Notes: generated from the letters alone by a model not told the origin. A stretch of DNA of 47,740 bases from Rozella allomycis CSF55 (GCA_000442015.1 KE561067.1:62001-109740); one strand, 5' to 3'. Counted from the stretch's first letter, positions 10,169 through 22,972 are shown. Numbers and translations are program-made.

Positions 10169-11102
10169 ATGACGAGGTTAACCAACTTTTTCAAGCGAAA
10201 GAGTAAACTTGAAACCTCTCAAGAAAACAGCTCGAAAATTGAGAAAAAAAGAAAGAAAATAGAAGATGAACAAGATACAAACAGCTTCAAAGACTTAGAA
10301 GATAAGTATTTGCATGAAAGTTGGTCTTGTATGCTGAAGAGTGAAATAGAGAAACCTTATTTCAAAAGAGTAAAGATACACCGAAAAATAAAACAGTTGA
10401 AGCATTTTCTTGAAGAAGAGCTAAAAAGAGGCAAAACAATTTTCCCGCCCAAACACCTCATTTATAGTTGGTCAAACTATTGTTCTTTTGACCAGGTAAA
10501 ATCTGATCCTTTGTTAAAAAAAGATCAAGATAGTTATTATAGGACAGGATCCTTATCATAATCATGATCAAGCAATGGGCTTGTGCTTCTCAGTACCAAT
10601 GGGAACCATCTTACCGCCAAGTTTGAAAAATATATTCAAAGAACTAAAATCTGAATACTCTGATTTTGTAATACCTAATCATGGATGTCTTTATGGATGG
10701 GCAAAGCAGGGCGTCTTGCTACTGAATGCTACGTTGACAGTAGAAGCACATAAGGCCTATTCGCACGCTAAAAAAGGTTGGGAAGTAAACTTTATATTAT
10801 ATAAACACAAAGGAATTTACAGATAAGATTATTACATGTATTTCCAATAACAGACAAAATGTTGTATTTATGCTTTGGGGCGGGCATGCTCAACAAAAAG
10901 AAAAACTAATTAAATCTGTAAGATGTCAATTATATATAAATAGGATTGTCATTGTATTTTAAAAAGCGCGCACCCTTCTCCATTAAGTGCTAGTCGAGGA
11001 TTCCTCGGAAATAATCATTTCATTAAGGCTAACGAATATTTAAATCAAAAAGGCATAAAAGAAATCGATTGGTCCTTTTTACCAAATCGTGAAAATTTAT
11101 GA
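10169..11102 (+). CDS. UNG1: Uracil-DNA glycosylase, family 1 (4 introns of 26-28 nt)
   Basis: Spliced product has [37 protein letters not shown] and HPSPLS. Confidence 0.96.
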
Positions 11103-12009
11103 ATCTTTAAATTCAGGGTCGCGTTTCTCAATGAACGCAGACATCCCTTCTTTTTGATCATTCAAAGCAAATGTGCTTTGAAATAAACGTCTTTCAAATC
11201 GGAGTCCTTGTTCAAGGTTTAATTCGTATGCTGATATTTAAATTTGATTGTCACGTTACCTGAATTTACAGATTCTTTTGCCATCTGAACTACAGGCTTT
11301 GAAAATGAAGCAATTGTGTTTGCAAGTTTTATGGATTCATCCAACAATTTATCCGCCGGGAAAACCTTACTAACCAACCCTGTTGTTTTATTGCCATTTG
11401 AATTTACCGCAACGCTCAGCCTCTTGAGCTGTTATAAACTTTCCTGTTAGAATCATTTCCATCGCTTTAGACTTTCCAATGGCTCTGATTAATCTTTGAG
11501 TTCCGCCAGCTTATTAATGAACTAAAAATTGTAGTACCCCCTGGAATAGTCCCTAGCTTGATTTCAGGTTGACCGAATTTAGCATGCTCCCCTGCGTAGA
11601 TTATATCACACATCATAGCTAATTCACATCCACCACCAAGCTTATCACTTGCCACAAATCAATTTACTGCAAATCCATTAACAGCGGCAATGATAGGTTT
11701 TCGAATTTTCGTCACGTTGGTCCAATGCGACAGAAAATTACCAGTATAGTTTGATACAAACGTCTTGTCTTGCATTTCTTTGATATCAGCACCGGCAGCA
11801 AATGCTTTTTCATTCCCTGTGATGACTATTGCGCCAACACCTGTATCTGTGTCGCTTTCTGCCAATGCTTTATTCAATTCATGGAATACTTTGTCATTTA
11901 AAGCATTGAGAGATTTAGGCCTGTTAATTTCAATAACCGAAACGTTTTTTGACAAGTAAGATTTTATAAAATGGAATTCATTTGTTGAATAAAAACGAGA
12001 AAATCGCAT
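11097..12009 (-). CDS. ECHS1: Mitochondrial enoyl-CoA hydratase (4 introns of 27-29 nt)
   Basis: [50 protein letters not shown] and [13 protein letters not shown] motifs; Arg/Ser/Phe-rich presequence. Confidence 0.96.
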
Positions 12010-12079
12010 GTCTTATTGGTGGCGCAAGCACATTTATTAATGGTTAAAGTTTTGATAAACTTTCTTCCTTCAGATTTGA

Positions 12080-12732
12080 TTATTTAAAATTAATACTTTC
12101 AATTATCAAGGAATAGAATTCTAAAACTTTTTGCACTGTGGTTTACCTTTTTGCCAATTATTTTCAATGCAGTTCGCACAGAGTAGACTAACACCAGATT
12201 TTCCTACCATTTCATATACTTGATGGCCACTTATCGCAGGAAAATCACTTTTGTTATTTAAGAATCTAGAATATACTTTCTTTGTTCTTACATTATATGT
12301 TTCTTGCGATGCTTAGCTAAAAAACCATCCAACTGTTGGTAATGGAATCTGGATTCTTGCCACTCTTGACTGTCGAAAGAATTGCTCACCATAAAGACTA
12401 CTACATCAACCTTTTCAGTTATATTTCAAGGTACTCAATGTTACTTCATTGTAGTAATGAATCCATAACTTGTTCTTGGGGGTACTAGATCCCCCAACTT
12501 CGAACAACAGTAAACCTTGTGTACCGTTTTCATCATTAATTGATATTTTCTCCATTGAAATCCCGAAAGTTGGAAGAAAGGTTGTATTTTTCCATTTTGA
12601 AGATTTTAGTCGATTTATCGCGCAAGTTTTCCCCGCTTTCGTTAAACCCACAAATAGGCACTTTATTTCCTTTGGTTTCAGAGGGAAAACTTTAACAGTG
12701 TGGCTGAATCTTGGACAACAAGCGTTTGGCAT
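12080..12732 (-). CDS. Arf-like small GTPase with ARL15-like features (3 introns)
   Basis: GLTKAGKT (G1), PTFG (G2), EVGG (G3), WIHYY and NKSD (G4); N-terminal Cys-Cys. Confidence 0.8.
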
Positions 12733-12744
12733 TAACCACTAGAA

Positions 12745-13335
12745 ATGTCAACAAAAGAACATAGTAACCCAAAAAGAATTAGAGATGCTCAAAGTTTATC
12801 ACCAAAAAGTCCAGCAAATCCAAAAAAAGAAAAACCAAATTTCAACACTTCGGGTAAACTTAATGCGGATATGAACACATTTAACGGTGTGGTGTTAAAA
12901 TATTCGGAGCCTCCAGAGGGCAGAAAACCAGGAACGAAGTGGCGAATGTATGTTTTTAAGGGAAAAGAGCAGATTGATATGTTTGAACTGAAACAATCGG
13001 CGTATTTATTAGGCAGAGAAAGGCTAGTAAGGGAATTATTATCGATCAAACAGGTAGCTGATATTCCGATCGATCATCCATCCTGCTCAAAGCAACATGC
13101 AGCTATTCAATTTCGTCAGGTGGCTTCAAAAAACGGGAAGGTTGTTATTGTCAAGTATGCTATTCTCGCTATAAATTATAGGCCGTACGTTATCGATCTT
13201 GAAAGTTCTAATGGGACGTTTTTAAATGATGCAAAAATTGACCCTTCTAAATATTATGAAATTAAGTCAAAAGATATGATCAAATTTGGGTTCAGCACCA
13301 GAGAATATGTATTTATTAACGAGTTATTAGATTGA
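12745..13335 (+). CDS. SNIP1: SNIP1/Pml1 FHA-domain splicing factor (RES complex); two in-frame 27-nt introns (13027-13053, 13155-13181)
   Basis: KPNFNTSGKL, LKYSEPPEGRKP, YLLGRERLVADIPIDHPSCSKQHA, PYVIDLESSNGT and FGFSTREYV. Confidence 0.95.
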   Translation: MSTKEHSNPKRIRDAQSLSPKSPANPKKEKPNFNTSGKLNADMNTFNGVVLKYSEPPEGRKPGTKWRMYVFKGKEQIDMFELKQSAYLLGRERLVRELLSIKQVADIPIDHPSCSKQHAAIQFRQVASKNGKVVIVKYAILAINYRPYVIDLESSNGTFLNDAKIDPSKYYEIKSKDMIKFGFSTREYVFINELLD

Positions 13336-14087
13336 TTAATATTCTTTTGTAATTATTTTTGTTTCCTCTGCAATAAATATTTTTGATGCCATGCCTATAA
13401 AAAGTCCGGTTTCAATAACGCCCGGGATTTTTGATATTTCTTGATTCAGTTTCACGACATCAATATTATCTTCATTAATGTGTAAATCTATTATAATGTT
13501 CCCGTTGTCTGTTATTATTGGACCTGCCTTGTGGACAGCTTGCCTAACTATGGCCGAGCACTTAGGTAATAATTTTATTAACTTATTGCTGACAACTGAC
13601 TGCGCTTTGGTATGCACTTCTATTGGCAATCCCTTTTTCCACTTTTTTGATTTCATTAATATGTTACTCTTTCAAAAATGCGATTGCTCAACTTTGAGGA
13701 GTCTGCAACTATAATCAACTCTTCGCTAGAATATGCTATTATTTTTTCCATAAGTAAGGCACCTCTTTAAAAAAATATATCATTGATTTACCCTCCCCCT
13801 TTTATCAAGATATTGTTATTCAAAACAATTTCATCCGCCCCATCAAAAGTTATATCAATGTTGGGATATTGGACTAGATCGCCAACTTTTAAATTGTTAG
13901 ACACTAGCAAATCTCGTGCCTGGAAAGATGTTGGTATAAAAATTAGGCCTTTATTGTCTAATCGTGCAAACTCATTTACAACATGGATGACAGTACTTCC
14001 TGACCCTATTCCAATAATGCTATGCTTCTCTCTATCAAAGCATAATTTTACTGCCGCCTCTGCAGCATTTCTTTTCTCGACATCCAT
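13336..14087 (-). CDS. RKI1: Ribose-5-phosphate isomerase A (2 introns)
   Basis: IGIGSGST, PTSFQ, DGADE, IKGGGGALLMEK, KAGPIITDNGN and IPGVIETGLF. Confidence 0.96.
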
Positions 14088-14132
14088 TAATAGAATTTCG
14101 TAAAAGTACAAAAACTTGAACACAAAGCGTAG

Positions 14133-15128
14133 ATGAAAGATCGAAGTTCTGAATTTTTCGCTGCAATAGAATCACAAAAACAGAGAATATCACCTAATAT
14201 TTCAGAGCCGCTTAATCGAAATAGGCATCAGGCGTCGGCTTTTGCACAAATGGCTGGGCAAATAGGGAAAGAAATAGCTTTTGTTTCAACTAAATTAGAG
14301 AAGTTTGCTATTCGTAAGCAATTTATTAAATTAACGAATAGTTGTGAGGAATAAAAGTTCATTCGAAGATAGATCCGCAGAAATCCAAGAATTAACTTCC
14401 ACTGTGAAACAAGACATTGCAAGATTAAATCAACAAATTGCAGCTCTTCAAAGTTATCAGAAGGGACAAGGGAAAGCACCAAACGATCAATACGAACAGC
14501 ATCATTCATCTATGGTGGTCTCATTGCAATCCAAATTAGCATCAACATCTTCCACATTTACTGATATTCTAGAGCAACGAACAATAGTACTGATGCATAT
14601 ATTTGTTGACATAGTCAATGAAAGGGCAAAGGGAAAGACGGTCACAGTTTACCTCACCCAACGACATGTTTTCTCAGCGTAAAGCTCAATTCGCCTTTTA
14701 ATTAAGCGTTAAGCCGAAGGTCTCAAAGCGAAGATTTAGTGATTGACATGGGTGAGGCGGCGTCATTTCAACAGACTCAACTTGTTCAGCAGGTACCGAT
14801 TCTATGCTTCTCAAAAAGGCACGTTCGAATCAATATTTAGAAGCACGGTCGGAAGCTNATATAGAATCAACTATTGCAGAGCTGGGAGGAATATTTCAGC
14901 AGCTGTCAAGGATGGTCATGGAACAAGGCGATACAGTGCAAAGGTAACATTAATTTGTAACCGAAGATAAGAATCGACGCGGACATTGAAAATATGCAAT
15001 TCAATGTTCAACAGGGTGAACAACAATTATTGAGATATTTACAAAATATTTCATCCAACAGATGGCTAATGTTTCGAATTTTTGCAATCATAATTCTATT
15101 CTTTGTTTTATTTGTATCATTTTCATAA
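14133..15128 (+). CDS. SED5: Syntaxin-5/Sed5 Qa-SNARE (5 introns; N at 14858)
   Basis: N-terminal KDRSSEF motif, FEDRSAEIQELT..KQD, SNARE IESTIAELGGIFQQL..MV.EQG..VQRID, SSNRWL and a C-terminal TM helix. Confidence 0.95.
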
Positions 15129-15135
15129 ATATGTT

Positions 15136-15867
15136 TTAAACCAAAGCTTTACTGTAATATCTAGCTCTAAACCTTTCTCGTCCGACGTGTAATAATTTCG
15201 CGAATAAAAACACAAAAGTAGCCAATATAATCATCAAAAAGTAGTTCAATGCTGCTTCTGGAATTGTCGGGTTTAAGATTTTGTACACATACCATTTCGA
15301 ATTAGATCTTGACCGAAAGGTTTCACTAGCTATTAAGAACCACCCAAAATAAAGCAACAAAATCGCGTAATGAAAAATAATATGAGTCAGCTTAAACACA
15401 TGTCTATTAAAAAGAAAATCAATAAATATGAAAGCAAGACCAACCCCGTGAACGCTAATGTCAACCCACAATTCAGCACTATTCATACCGCTTGGCTTAG
15501 CTATAAACCCCCAATAAACAATAACCACCATAATAGCTTGGCTGAGCAAAGTTTCGTACCAGATATTCATTAGAAGCGCAAAGTGCGACAAATCATATAA
15601 AGTACTCTTGTTGTATCTGTAGGCAAGGGTATAGCCAACAGAGATTATGAAATAAAATGTTAATCCGACGAAAGAAGCATGCGTCAAATAAAAAAACCAC
15701 CGGCCTTCATTCCAGTGAAATATTAGACTACAAACTAAAGCCGAGCCACAGTATAACACAAAAAATATGCGAAAAAGCAACAACTGCTTGTCTGATATTA
15801 TCTGACTTTTCGATATATTGGATTGTGTCAATGGTTTAAGTTGAAATATCGTTCTAATTTTTTGCAT
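15136..15867 (-). CDS. FAR-17a/AIG1/rolling-stone-like multipass membrane protein, paralog 1
   Basis: FFYLTH..F, VYWG, VHG and WYVY.ILN motifs; intronless. Confidence 0.8.
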   Translation of the reverse strand: MQKIRTIFQLKPLTQSNISKSQIISDKQLLLFRIFFVLYCGSALVCSLIFHWNEGRWFFYLTHASFVGLTFYFIISVGYTLAYRYNKSTLYDLSHFALLMNIWYETLLSQAIMVVIVYWGFIAKPSGMNSAELWVDISVHGVGLAFIFIDFLFNRHVFKLTHIIFHYAILLLYFGWFLIASETFRSRSNSKWYVYKILNPTIPEAALNYFLMIILATFVFLFAKLLHVGRERFRARYYSKALV

Positions 15868-15934
15868 GTGGCACAGCAAAGAAATGAGCCACGTATGAAT
15901 CGGCCTTCTAAATGAAATATGCTTAAATAATTAT

Positions 15935-16736
15935 TTATTTCCTGTATTTGTCTCTTATTCTATGTAAAAAATATGAGAACACATATAAAAGTAAAAAACC
16001 ACAGAAAAGTTTGAGATACCACACGTGAGCGTTTGGAGCTTCCAAGTTCAAAAATCCGTAAACCCAGAACCTGTCTCCGTGATGATTTGTGAGAAACAAA
16101 CTAAGAATCCATGCTAGACACACATATAAAAATATAATCAAAATGAAAAATATGATGTGAGCAAAGAAGAAAGTGAAATTGTTGATATATGCGTCTATGA
16201 AAATCAAGGCAGTATCTAGGCCATGTACACTAATATTTAGCCACATTTCGACTCCGTCTCCGTTTTCACTTGATCTAAGGAACAGCCAATGCGTGATTGG
16301 CACCACAAGATGAAGAACGAATAAACTTTCATACCAAATGTTAACCAACAACGATTTTAATGTCACAATATCATAATCAACATTTTTCAACTTGACAGTG
16401 TAAAACAAAGTGGTCTAATATGTCAATATAAGTGGGTTTCTTACCAAAAAGTACATTGTTAAACTGGCATGGCTTATGTTCGTTAGAAAAACAAACCAAT
16501 AACCATCGTTAAAACTAAATACTAGAGTTGATATTAAAACAACTGAGGAATATAACGCCAGTATTGACTTTATCATTATAACAATTTTTGGGTTTATCTT
16601 CCTCATACACCGCAATCGATTTGTAGACAAAGGACTCAAACTCAATCTAAAATTAAGTGGGGTATTTTGCAGTATACGTTTTAGCAATTTGCAAGTTTTT
16701 ATCAGGATTGTGTACAGCGTTTAAATCCATTCCCAT
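15935..16736 (-). CDS. FAR-17a/AIG1/rolling-stone-like membrane protein, paralog 2 (2 introns)
   Basis: WFVFLTN, SVHG and FWVYGFLN motifs; introns of 31 and 30 nt. Confidence 0.8.
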
Positions 16737-17059
16737 TTACTTTTTTGTGGCTGAGTCTGTGAAAGAGTTTTTGGCCGTGGTATATTGAGAGGCTTTAGAA
16801 ATATCATATTCTTTTTTTAAAGAGTTAGCTTCAAAATTATATATTTGTTATTAAATTGTTGTTTAAGCGTAGTAATGATAATTATTATATATTCATGAAA
16901 TAGAAATATATTTGTCCGCTAGAAAAGAATTTAAGATGATTAACTTGACCATGATGAAAGCAAAAAGGGTAAATTGATTTTGATTACTATTTAATGACTC
17001 AAGTGGCTCCTCTCAAACTTTAGGCCTTAAATCTTAATTAAGTTAGATATATATTGGGT

Positions 17060-17884
17060 TTATTTTCTATACTTATCTCTTATTCTATGTAGAAAATATG
17101 AAACAATATATAAAAGCAAAATGCCAGAGAAAAGGCTTAGATACCACACATATGCATTTGGAGCATCCAAGTTCAAAAATCCGTATACCCAGAACTTTGA
17201 GCCATAAACATCTTGAAGTCCCAAACTGAGAATCCATGCTAGGCACAAATATAGAAATACGATGAAAACAAACAATAAAATGTGAGCAAAGAAAAAAGTG
17301 AATTTGTTGAAATATGCATCTATGAAAATCAAAGCGGTATCTATCCCATGTACACTGACATTTAACCACACGTGCATATTATCACTACGTTCACTTGACC
17401 TGAGGAAAAGCCAGTACGTTATTGGCACCACAAGATGAAGGGCAAATACAGTTTCGTACCAAATGTTTATAAGCGTCGATTTTAGTGTCACCATATCAGA
17501 GTTAATACTGCCGTATTTGATTATATAATAGGTAGTAGTCTAAATTGGTAATGTTATCATGCTCCATACCCAGAAGTACATTGTTAAACTAGCATAGCTA
17601 ATGTTGGTTAGATAAACAAACCAATATCCATTGTTAAATTTAATTACTAACGAAGTTATTAAGACAATTATAGAATATAAGGATAAGGCGGATTTTAACA
17701 TTATAGCGTTGCGAGGATTTAACTTCCACATAGAGCGTAATCTATTTGTAGATAAAGGCAGCAATCCAAAAGCATGCATCAGTCTAGTTTTAACCGCCGG
17801 GTTCGGCGTACTTTCATGCGTGTTAGCAATTGGCTGATCCGTATTGTGTATGACGTTAAGCTCTATTTCGTTTTGATTTCGCAT
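17060..17884 (-). CDS. FAR-17a/AIG1/rolling-stone-like membrane protein, paralog 3 (recent tandem duplicate of paralog 2)
   Basis: High similarity to paralog 2, with a shared 30-nt intron position. Confidence 0.8.
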
Positions 17885-17951
17885 TTGTTTATTTACATTT
17901 TAGTATTACCTAAGTAAATAAACTAAAAATCTTTTACTCTGTGGCTTTGTA

Positions 17952-19901
17952 ATGCTTCCCAAGACGAATGATCCAACGTCCTGGAAAAAATATTTTGAAT
18001 CACGATCGGATTATAATGCGTTAAGGATGTTACAGTTATTTTCCACAGCCGTTCAACTCATCCCACAATCCCGTTATAAAGAAGACGAAAATTACCTTAC
18101 TCTTCTGCTCAATTATGCGATTTTATTGGCGTATGTAAAGAATATAATAGTTTCAAATAGGAAAACAGAGATTATTCTGATGTTTTTGACCAGCTGAAAT
18201 CTATCAACCATAAAGCTTACGATGAAAACGAATTCGTGTTGAGAACCAGATTAAAATTACTTCAAATGACTGGTATAATTTTAAATTACTGATTTTAAGA
18301 CGAAACTTATAAAGCTGAGGACATTTTAAGAGAATCTCATTTGAATTCTAATTTGATATCTGATTTGCGTGAAAAAATAGAAGCTGGTGAGAGTGTAAAT
18401 CTTGGGTTTAATGTATAAATTATTGAATGTTTAAAAAAGTTGATCTACAATCCCTTCAGAGAGCAGGATGCTGGTGATGATGTGGACACAAGTGACGAAA
18501 AGGAGAACGAATATGAGGAAAACAAATATATTAATTCTAAGCCAGAGTCTACAGGAAAAGTTCGCAAGTCTGGACTTTGTAATTTTGATTTTGATTGTTG
18601 ATTAGCGGGCAAAGCAATGAAACTGAAAGACATTTTAGCAATGGCGGAACAAGATGATGAAAATGAATGTGCAAACGTTTCCACTTTGACTGCAGAACAA
18701 ACCTTTGGTCTTTCTGAATGTACCGTCAATTCTTCAATTTTGAAGAGCCCTGATAAAACTAAGCCTCTATGTGAGATTGAATTGGCGGGAAATCTAAGCC
18801 CGCCTTCAAGATTAAATGAAAAAACCGAAATTATAGAGGTTATTGAAAAAACTGAACATGATTATCAAAAATTTAAAGAAAACATACCTAAAACTCCTGA
18901 TGTTGAATTCAATACAGTTGAGAAAGATTTAAATCAGTTAATGAAAGAAATAAAGCCAAAATTGATTTCCTTTGGGGAATCTCAATATTTTCGGCTCCGG
19001 ATGATTGGTCGAGGTGGCTCGAGTAAAGTTTATCAGGCGTTGTCGCCTACTGGAGAGTTGGTGGCACTTAAAAAGGTATCTCTTGATAATTCTGATCCTG
19101 AAATAATAAATGGCTATTTTTCAGAAATTAAACTTTTAAATGCACTTCAGAATTCAGATTGGGTGGTTAACTTGAAGGAACATTTTTCAGACTCTAAAAA
19201 TTTGTTTATTGTAATAAATACATTTTACGTTTTTAGGTTCTAGAGTTGGGCGAAGTCGATTTACATCATTACCTAAAGCAAGTCAAGGGAAAACCTGCCG
19301 TCATTTATAATCCCATGGTAAAAAGTATTTTCAGCCAAGTAAGCAACTCTTTTGTCTAATTTATGATAATTACGGCAGTTAAATCTCTTCATGACTTTGA
19401 TTACATCCATTGTGACTTAAAGCCAGCAAACTTTATCTTAATTGGCGGGTTTTGGAAACTCATAGATTTCGGAATCAGCAAAAGAGTAGAAAAAAACCAT
19501 ACTAGCGTCATCAGAGAAAGTCAAGTAGGTACTGTCAGGTAAAAATTCTACTTTGCAATTAAAGCTACATGTCACCTGAAATGATCATTGACTCACAAAA
19601 TAGAAATAATGGTGTCTCAAAGGTATTTTTTCTTTTTGATTTTAATGAGATTGGAAAGCCAGCTGACATTTGGTCTATCGGATGCATTTTGTACCAGTTT
19701 GTTTATGGACAACCCCCATTCTCGCACATACCCTCTTTAGTGCAACGGATAAAGGCCATTATAGATGATTCTTTTCAAATTAAATTTAATGAGAAACCTG
19801 AAATGTCAGTTTTGATAGATATCACTAAAAAGATCCTCGTCAGGCATACCAAGTCTAGACCTACAATCGAAGATTTAATAAATTATTCGTCAAATTTTTA
19901 A
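17952..19901 (+). CDS. MPS1: Mps1/TTK spindle checkpoint kinase (8 introns; GT-TG intron at 19339-19365)
   Basis: TPR-like N-terminus; IGRGGSSKVY, ALKKV.L, ELGEVDL, IHCDLKPANF, KLIDFGI, RESQVGT..YMSPE and DIWSIGCILYQFVYGQPPF. Confidence 0.93.
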
Positions 19902-19960
19902 AGCGTGACAAATTAAATATCTTTATTTTTTTAAATTAGCGATATTTTAGTGATTGTTAA

Positions 19961-20974
19961 TCAATGGCACGAGGTTTGTTTGTCGGCTTCTGCCACCTTG
20001 TAACGTCCAAACACAAAGAATCCAGTCACGGCGCCAACGATTATTGCCGTACATAAAAATCCATTATATGTCATAAATACCATCATTAAGAAGAAAGCAT
20101 AAAACGTATGGACACCATGCAGTAGGGATCTTATCGCCTGTTGCTTCCATGACCACGGACAAGAGTCGCATGAATTGTTTCTCTAAAACCAAAGAAATAT
20201 ATGATACTTGATGTTATTATCATACATGCGCCTCAGTAACCCAAACGCCTCAAATAGCACCGCTAAAAGAAGAATTGCAATGGTAGAGACGGCAAGTGAA
20301 GTATCAGAATGTACTGTCCACCACTCAAAGAAAACATTGTCAATTCTTGAATCCCAGTTCCAATACATCTAAATGGAGTGGAATCCAGGACTTTACTTTC
20401 ATCATGTGTTCCATGGGCATGTTTTGACTGTTATCTTCCATGCCATGATCCATTACGGCTTTCTTTCCNTTGTTTGTCGGCTTCTGCCACCTTGTAACGT
20501 CCAAACACAAAGAATCCAGTCACGGCGCCAACGATTATTGCCGTACATAAAAATCCATTATATGTCATAAATACCATCATTAAGAAGAAAGCATAAAACG
20601 TATGGACACCATGCAGTAGGGATCTTATCGCCTGTTGCTTCCATGACCACGGACAAGAGTCGCATGAATTGTTTCTCTACAACCAAAGAAATATATGATA
20701 CTTGATGTTATTATCATACATGCGCCTCAGTAACCCAAACGCCTCAAATAGCACCGCTAAAAGAAGAATTGCAATGGTAGAGACGGCAAGTGAAGTATCA
20801 GAATGTACTGTCCACCACTCAAAGAAAACATTGTCAATTCTTGAATCCCAGTTCCAATACATCTAAATGGAGTGGAATCCAGGACTTTACTTTCATCATG
20901 TGTTCCATGGGCATGTTTTGACTGTTATCTTCCATGCCATGATCCATTACGGCTTTCTTTCCTCCACAACACAT
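19961..20974 (-). CDS. Ctr copper transporter; one gene represented twice across contig join N20469
   Basis: Met/His-rich N-terminus, MYWNW, MMVFMTYNG (MxxxM), GAVTG and C-terminal SCH. The left copy lacks the start and the right copy lacks the stop. Confidence 0.9.
19976..20962. other. Assembly overlap of about 494 nt duplicated around N20469
   Basis: Near-identical copies abut the N; one substitution seen, in an intron. Confidence 0.85.
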
Positions 20975-21072
20975 TTTCCTCTTTTGGAGGGGCGCAGTAA
21001 ATAATAACGATTCTAGATTGAAAAAGATAATAAGTAGAATGCCAAAAATCTATTTTATTTATCAAAAATTCT

Positions 21073-21714
21073 TTATGTAGTTCCGTGAACCTTTTTTAAA
21101 TGTACATTCAGAGCACTTTTTTGTGTAAATCTTCTGTCACACTGCGTACAAGGGTATGGCCTTTCACCTACTTTGAATGGAACGCCAAATTTACCTGTAT
21201 GAGTTCTCAAATGAGCAACTAAATATGGTCTCTTTGCGAATCTTTGTTCACAACCTGGATGTGTGCATTTAAACCGGCGTTCGTTAGCATGTGTTCTTAA
21301 ATGAGCTAACAATTGCGATTTCCTAACACCTCTAAAGTCACACCCTTGATAATAGCATTTCAATGAATTGATGTTTTCATTAGTGAATAGGCTATATTGA
21401 TATCGTGATTGATCAATATCTGATTGATTGTTATGTGAGATATCTCTAGTTATCTCATTTAATCTTTCCATTATTTTGGATAAGGAAAAAGATATTTCAC
21501 CCAGCCAAATCCTATTTTCATTGTCTATTGTTGTTATCGTTTCTACTAGCGAAGACGTTAGAGAACTATACATTGTATTTATAGACTCCATAAATATAGG
21601 TGTTAGTGTGGACGAAGAATGGTCGATTTCACGTAGTAGCCTTCTGATAAACAAACGTGTTTGAGATTTATATTCTTGGATATTTGCAGAGTGATTATAG
21701 AGAGTGCTGTTCAT
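21073..21714 (-). CDS. C2H2 zinc-finger protein with 3 fingers (27-nt in-frame intron at 21168-21194)
   Basis: CxxxxC..HxxxH fingers; the HTGERPY linker is restored by splicing. Confidence 0.9.
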   Translation of the reverse strand: MNSTLYNHSANIQEYKSQTRLFIRRLLREIDHSSSTLTPIFMESINTMYSSLTSSLVETITTIDNENRIWLGEISFSLSKIMERLNEITRDISHNNQSDIDQSRYQYSLFTNENINSLKCYYQGCDFRGVRKSQLLAHLRTHANERRFKCTHPGCEQRFAKRPYLVAHLRTHTGKFGVPFKVGERPYPCTQCDRRFTQKSALNVHLKKVHGTT

Positions 21715-21987
21715 GGTCTCGAACGTGTATCCAAGTGTATAAAATGACCAGGGTTTATGTGTTCTAGACCATTAGTAGATCTTGAGAACTGGATAACCTG
21801 TGCGCCTATAAACTTACATAGACATAATCATATAATTTTTTAATAAGCGTGGCTACTTAAAATATATAAAACTATGGTCGTAGCGGCACATTATAAGCCA
21901 TAGATGGTGACTGTTTATTAATTCATTAAAAAACATAACTTAGCCTAATAAATTCATTTTATTGATTAGCAAAAATATTATTTATTG

Positions 21988-22972
21988 TTAATTTTGTTTG
22001 GTATGCATTTGTTGAGGCTGGGGAATCGCTGAATTTATCAATCTGAAAAGACTCTGAAGTAAAATAAGAGATTCATTAGCCAATGCGATTATTTGATGGG
22101 AATGCTTAACAAAACGCTTGGAATTATTTGATTCATCATATGATTCTGAAGTTATTGCACTCTTTTCGCGGTTAGAATAATTATGTTACCCATCGCCCAG
22201 GTAATGAGAGAACAAAAGAACGAATCATTGAATTAACAGTTTGGGGTAAAAAGGAAGAACAAGATGAAAGCATTTCTAATACTTTCGATAAAGTTTGCAC
22301 AATTTCTTGTTTCATTCTATTCGTAATCTGATGTACTCCGGCAAAAAATTCCTTGTTCGCTTGAATGAAAGCATCAGTCCACTCATCGAATGTAGTTTTT
22401 ATACTTATTTGGGCATCTGAAAATGCTGACCTAAGTGCGACAATGTTGTTATTGATTGTATCCTGTGATTCCTATATTTTATACAAATATTTTGTTTACC
22501 TGCAAGTAATCAAGGACACGGAATAGTTCCACGGACTGCTTTTCAAACTCTATTAATTATTTCAGTTCATTTACTTTATCCAGTTGTTTACAAGCAAATG
22601 AATCGAGATTGGAAGTTCCTATGGTTTTTAAAACTGGTTGACAAACATATTTCATGCCGGATTCTACTCTTTCAGCACCATACTATGACTGAGTAGATCT
22701 TTTCTAATTACCTTGACAAAGGCACTATTGTTTTTAGACTGATTGTAAAATTGGCTAATGGAATGCACTAATGGATAAGTAGCGACTCTTGATAGAAAAG
22801 ATTCGTTTTCTTTTCGATTATGAGGTCCAAGTTGCCCTGGGGATGCAGGCCTTGTTGAGTTTGAGGATGTAGATAAACGAAATTCAACAGAGGAGCAAGG
22901 CGATAATTCTGAAGTTGAATCACAAGCTAGAGCTAGCAAATCAATTCCATTCATTTCGGAAAAGGCGTCCAT
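21988..22972 (-). CDS. OPI1: Opi1-family transcriptional repressor (4 introns)
   Basis: FLSRVATYPLV..YNQSK.NS.FVKYGAE.VES, FACKQLDK, LDYLQ, KQEIVQTL.KV, IRSFVLSLPGRW and ALANESL motifs. Start could be 22954, 22972 or 23014. Confidence 0.85.

Noticed and set aside
19961-20974. Tandem duplication of the Ctr copper transporter
   Set aside because: The copies abut an N, are near-identical and are each incomplete at the join, so this is an assembly overlap.
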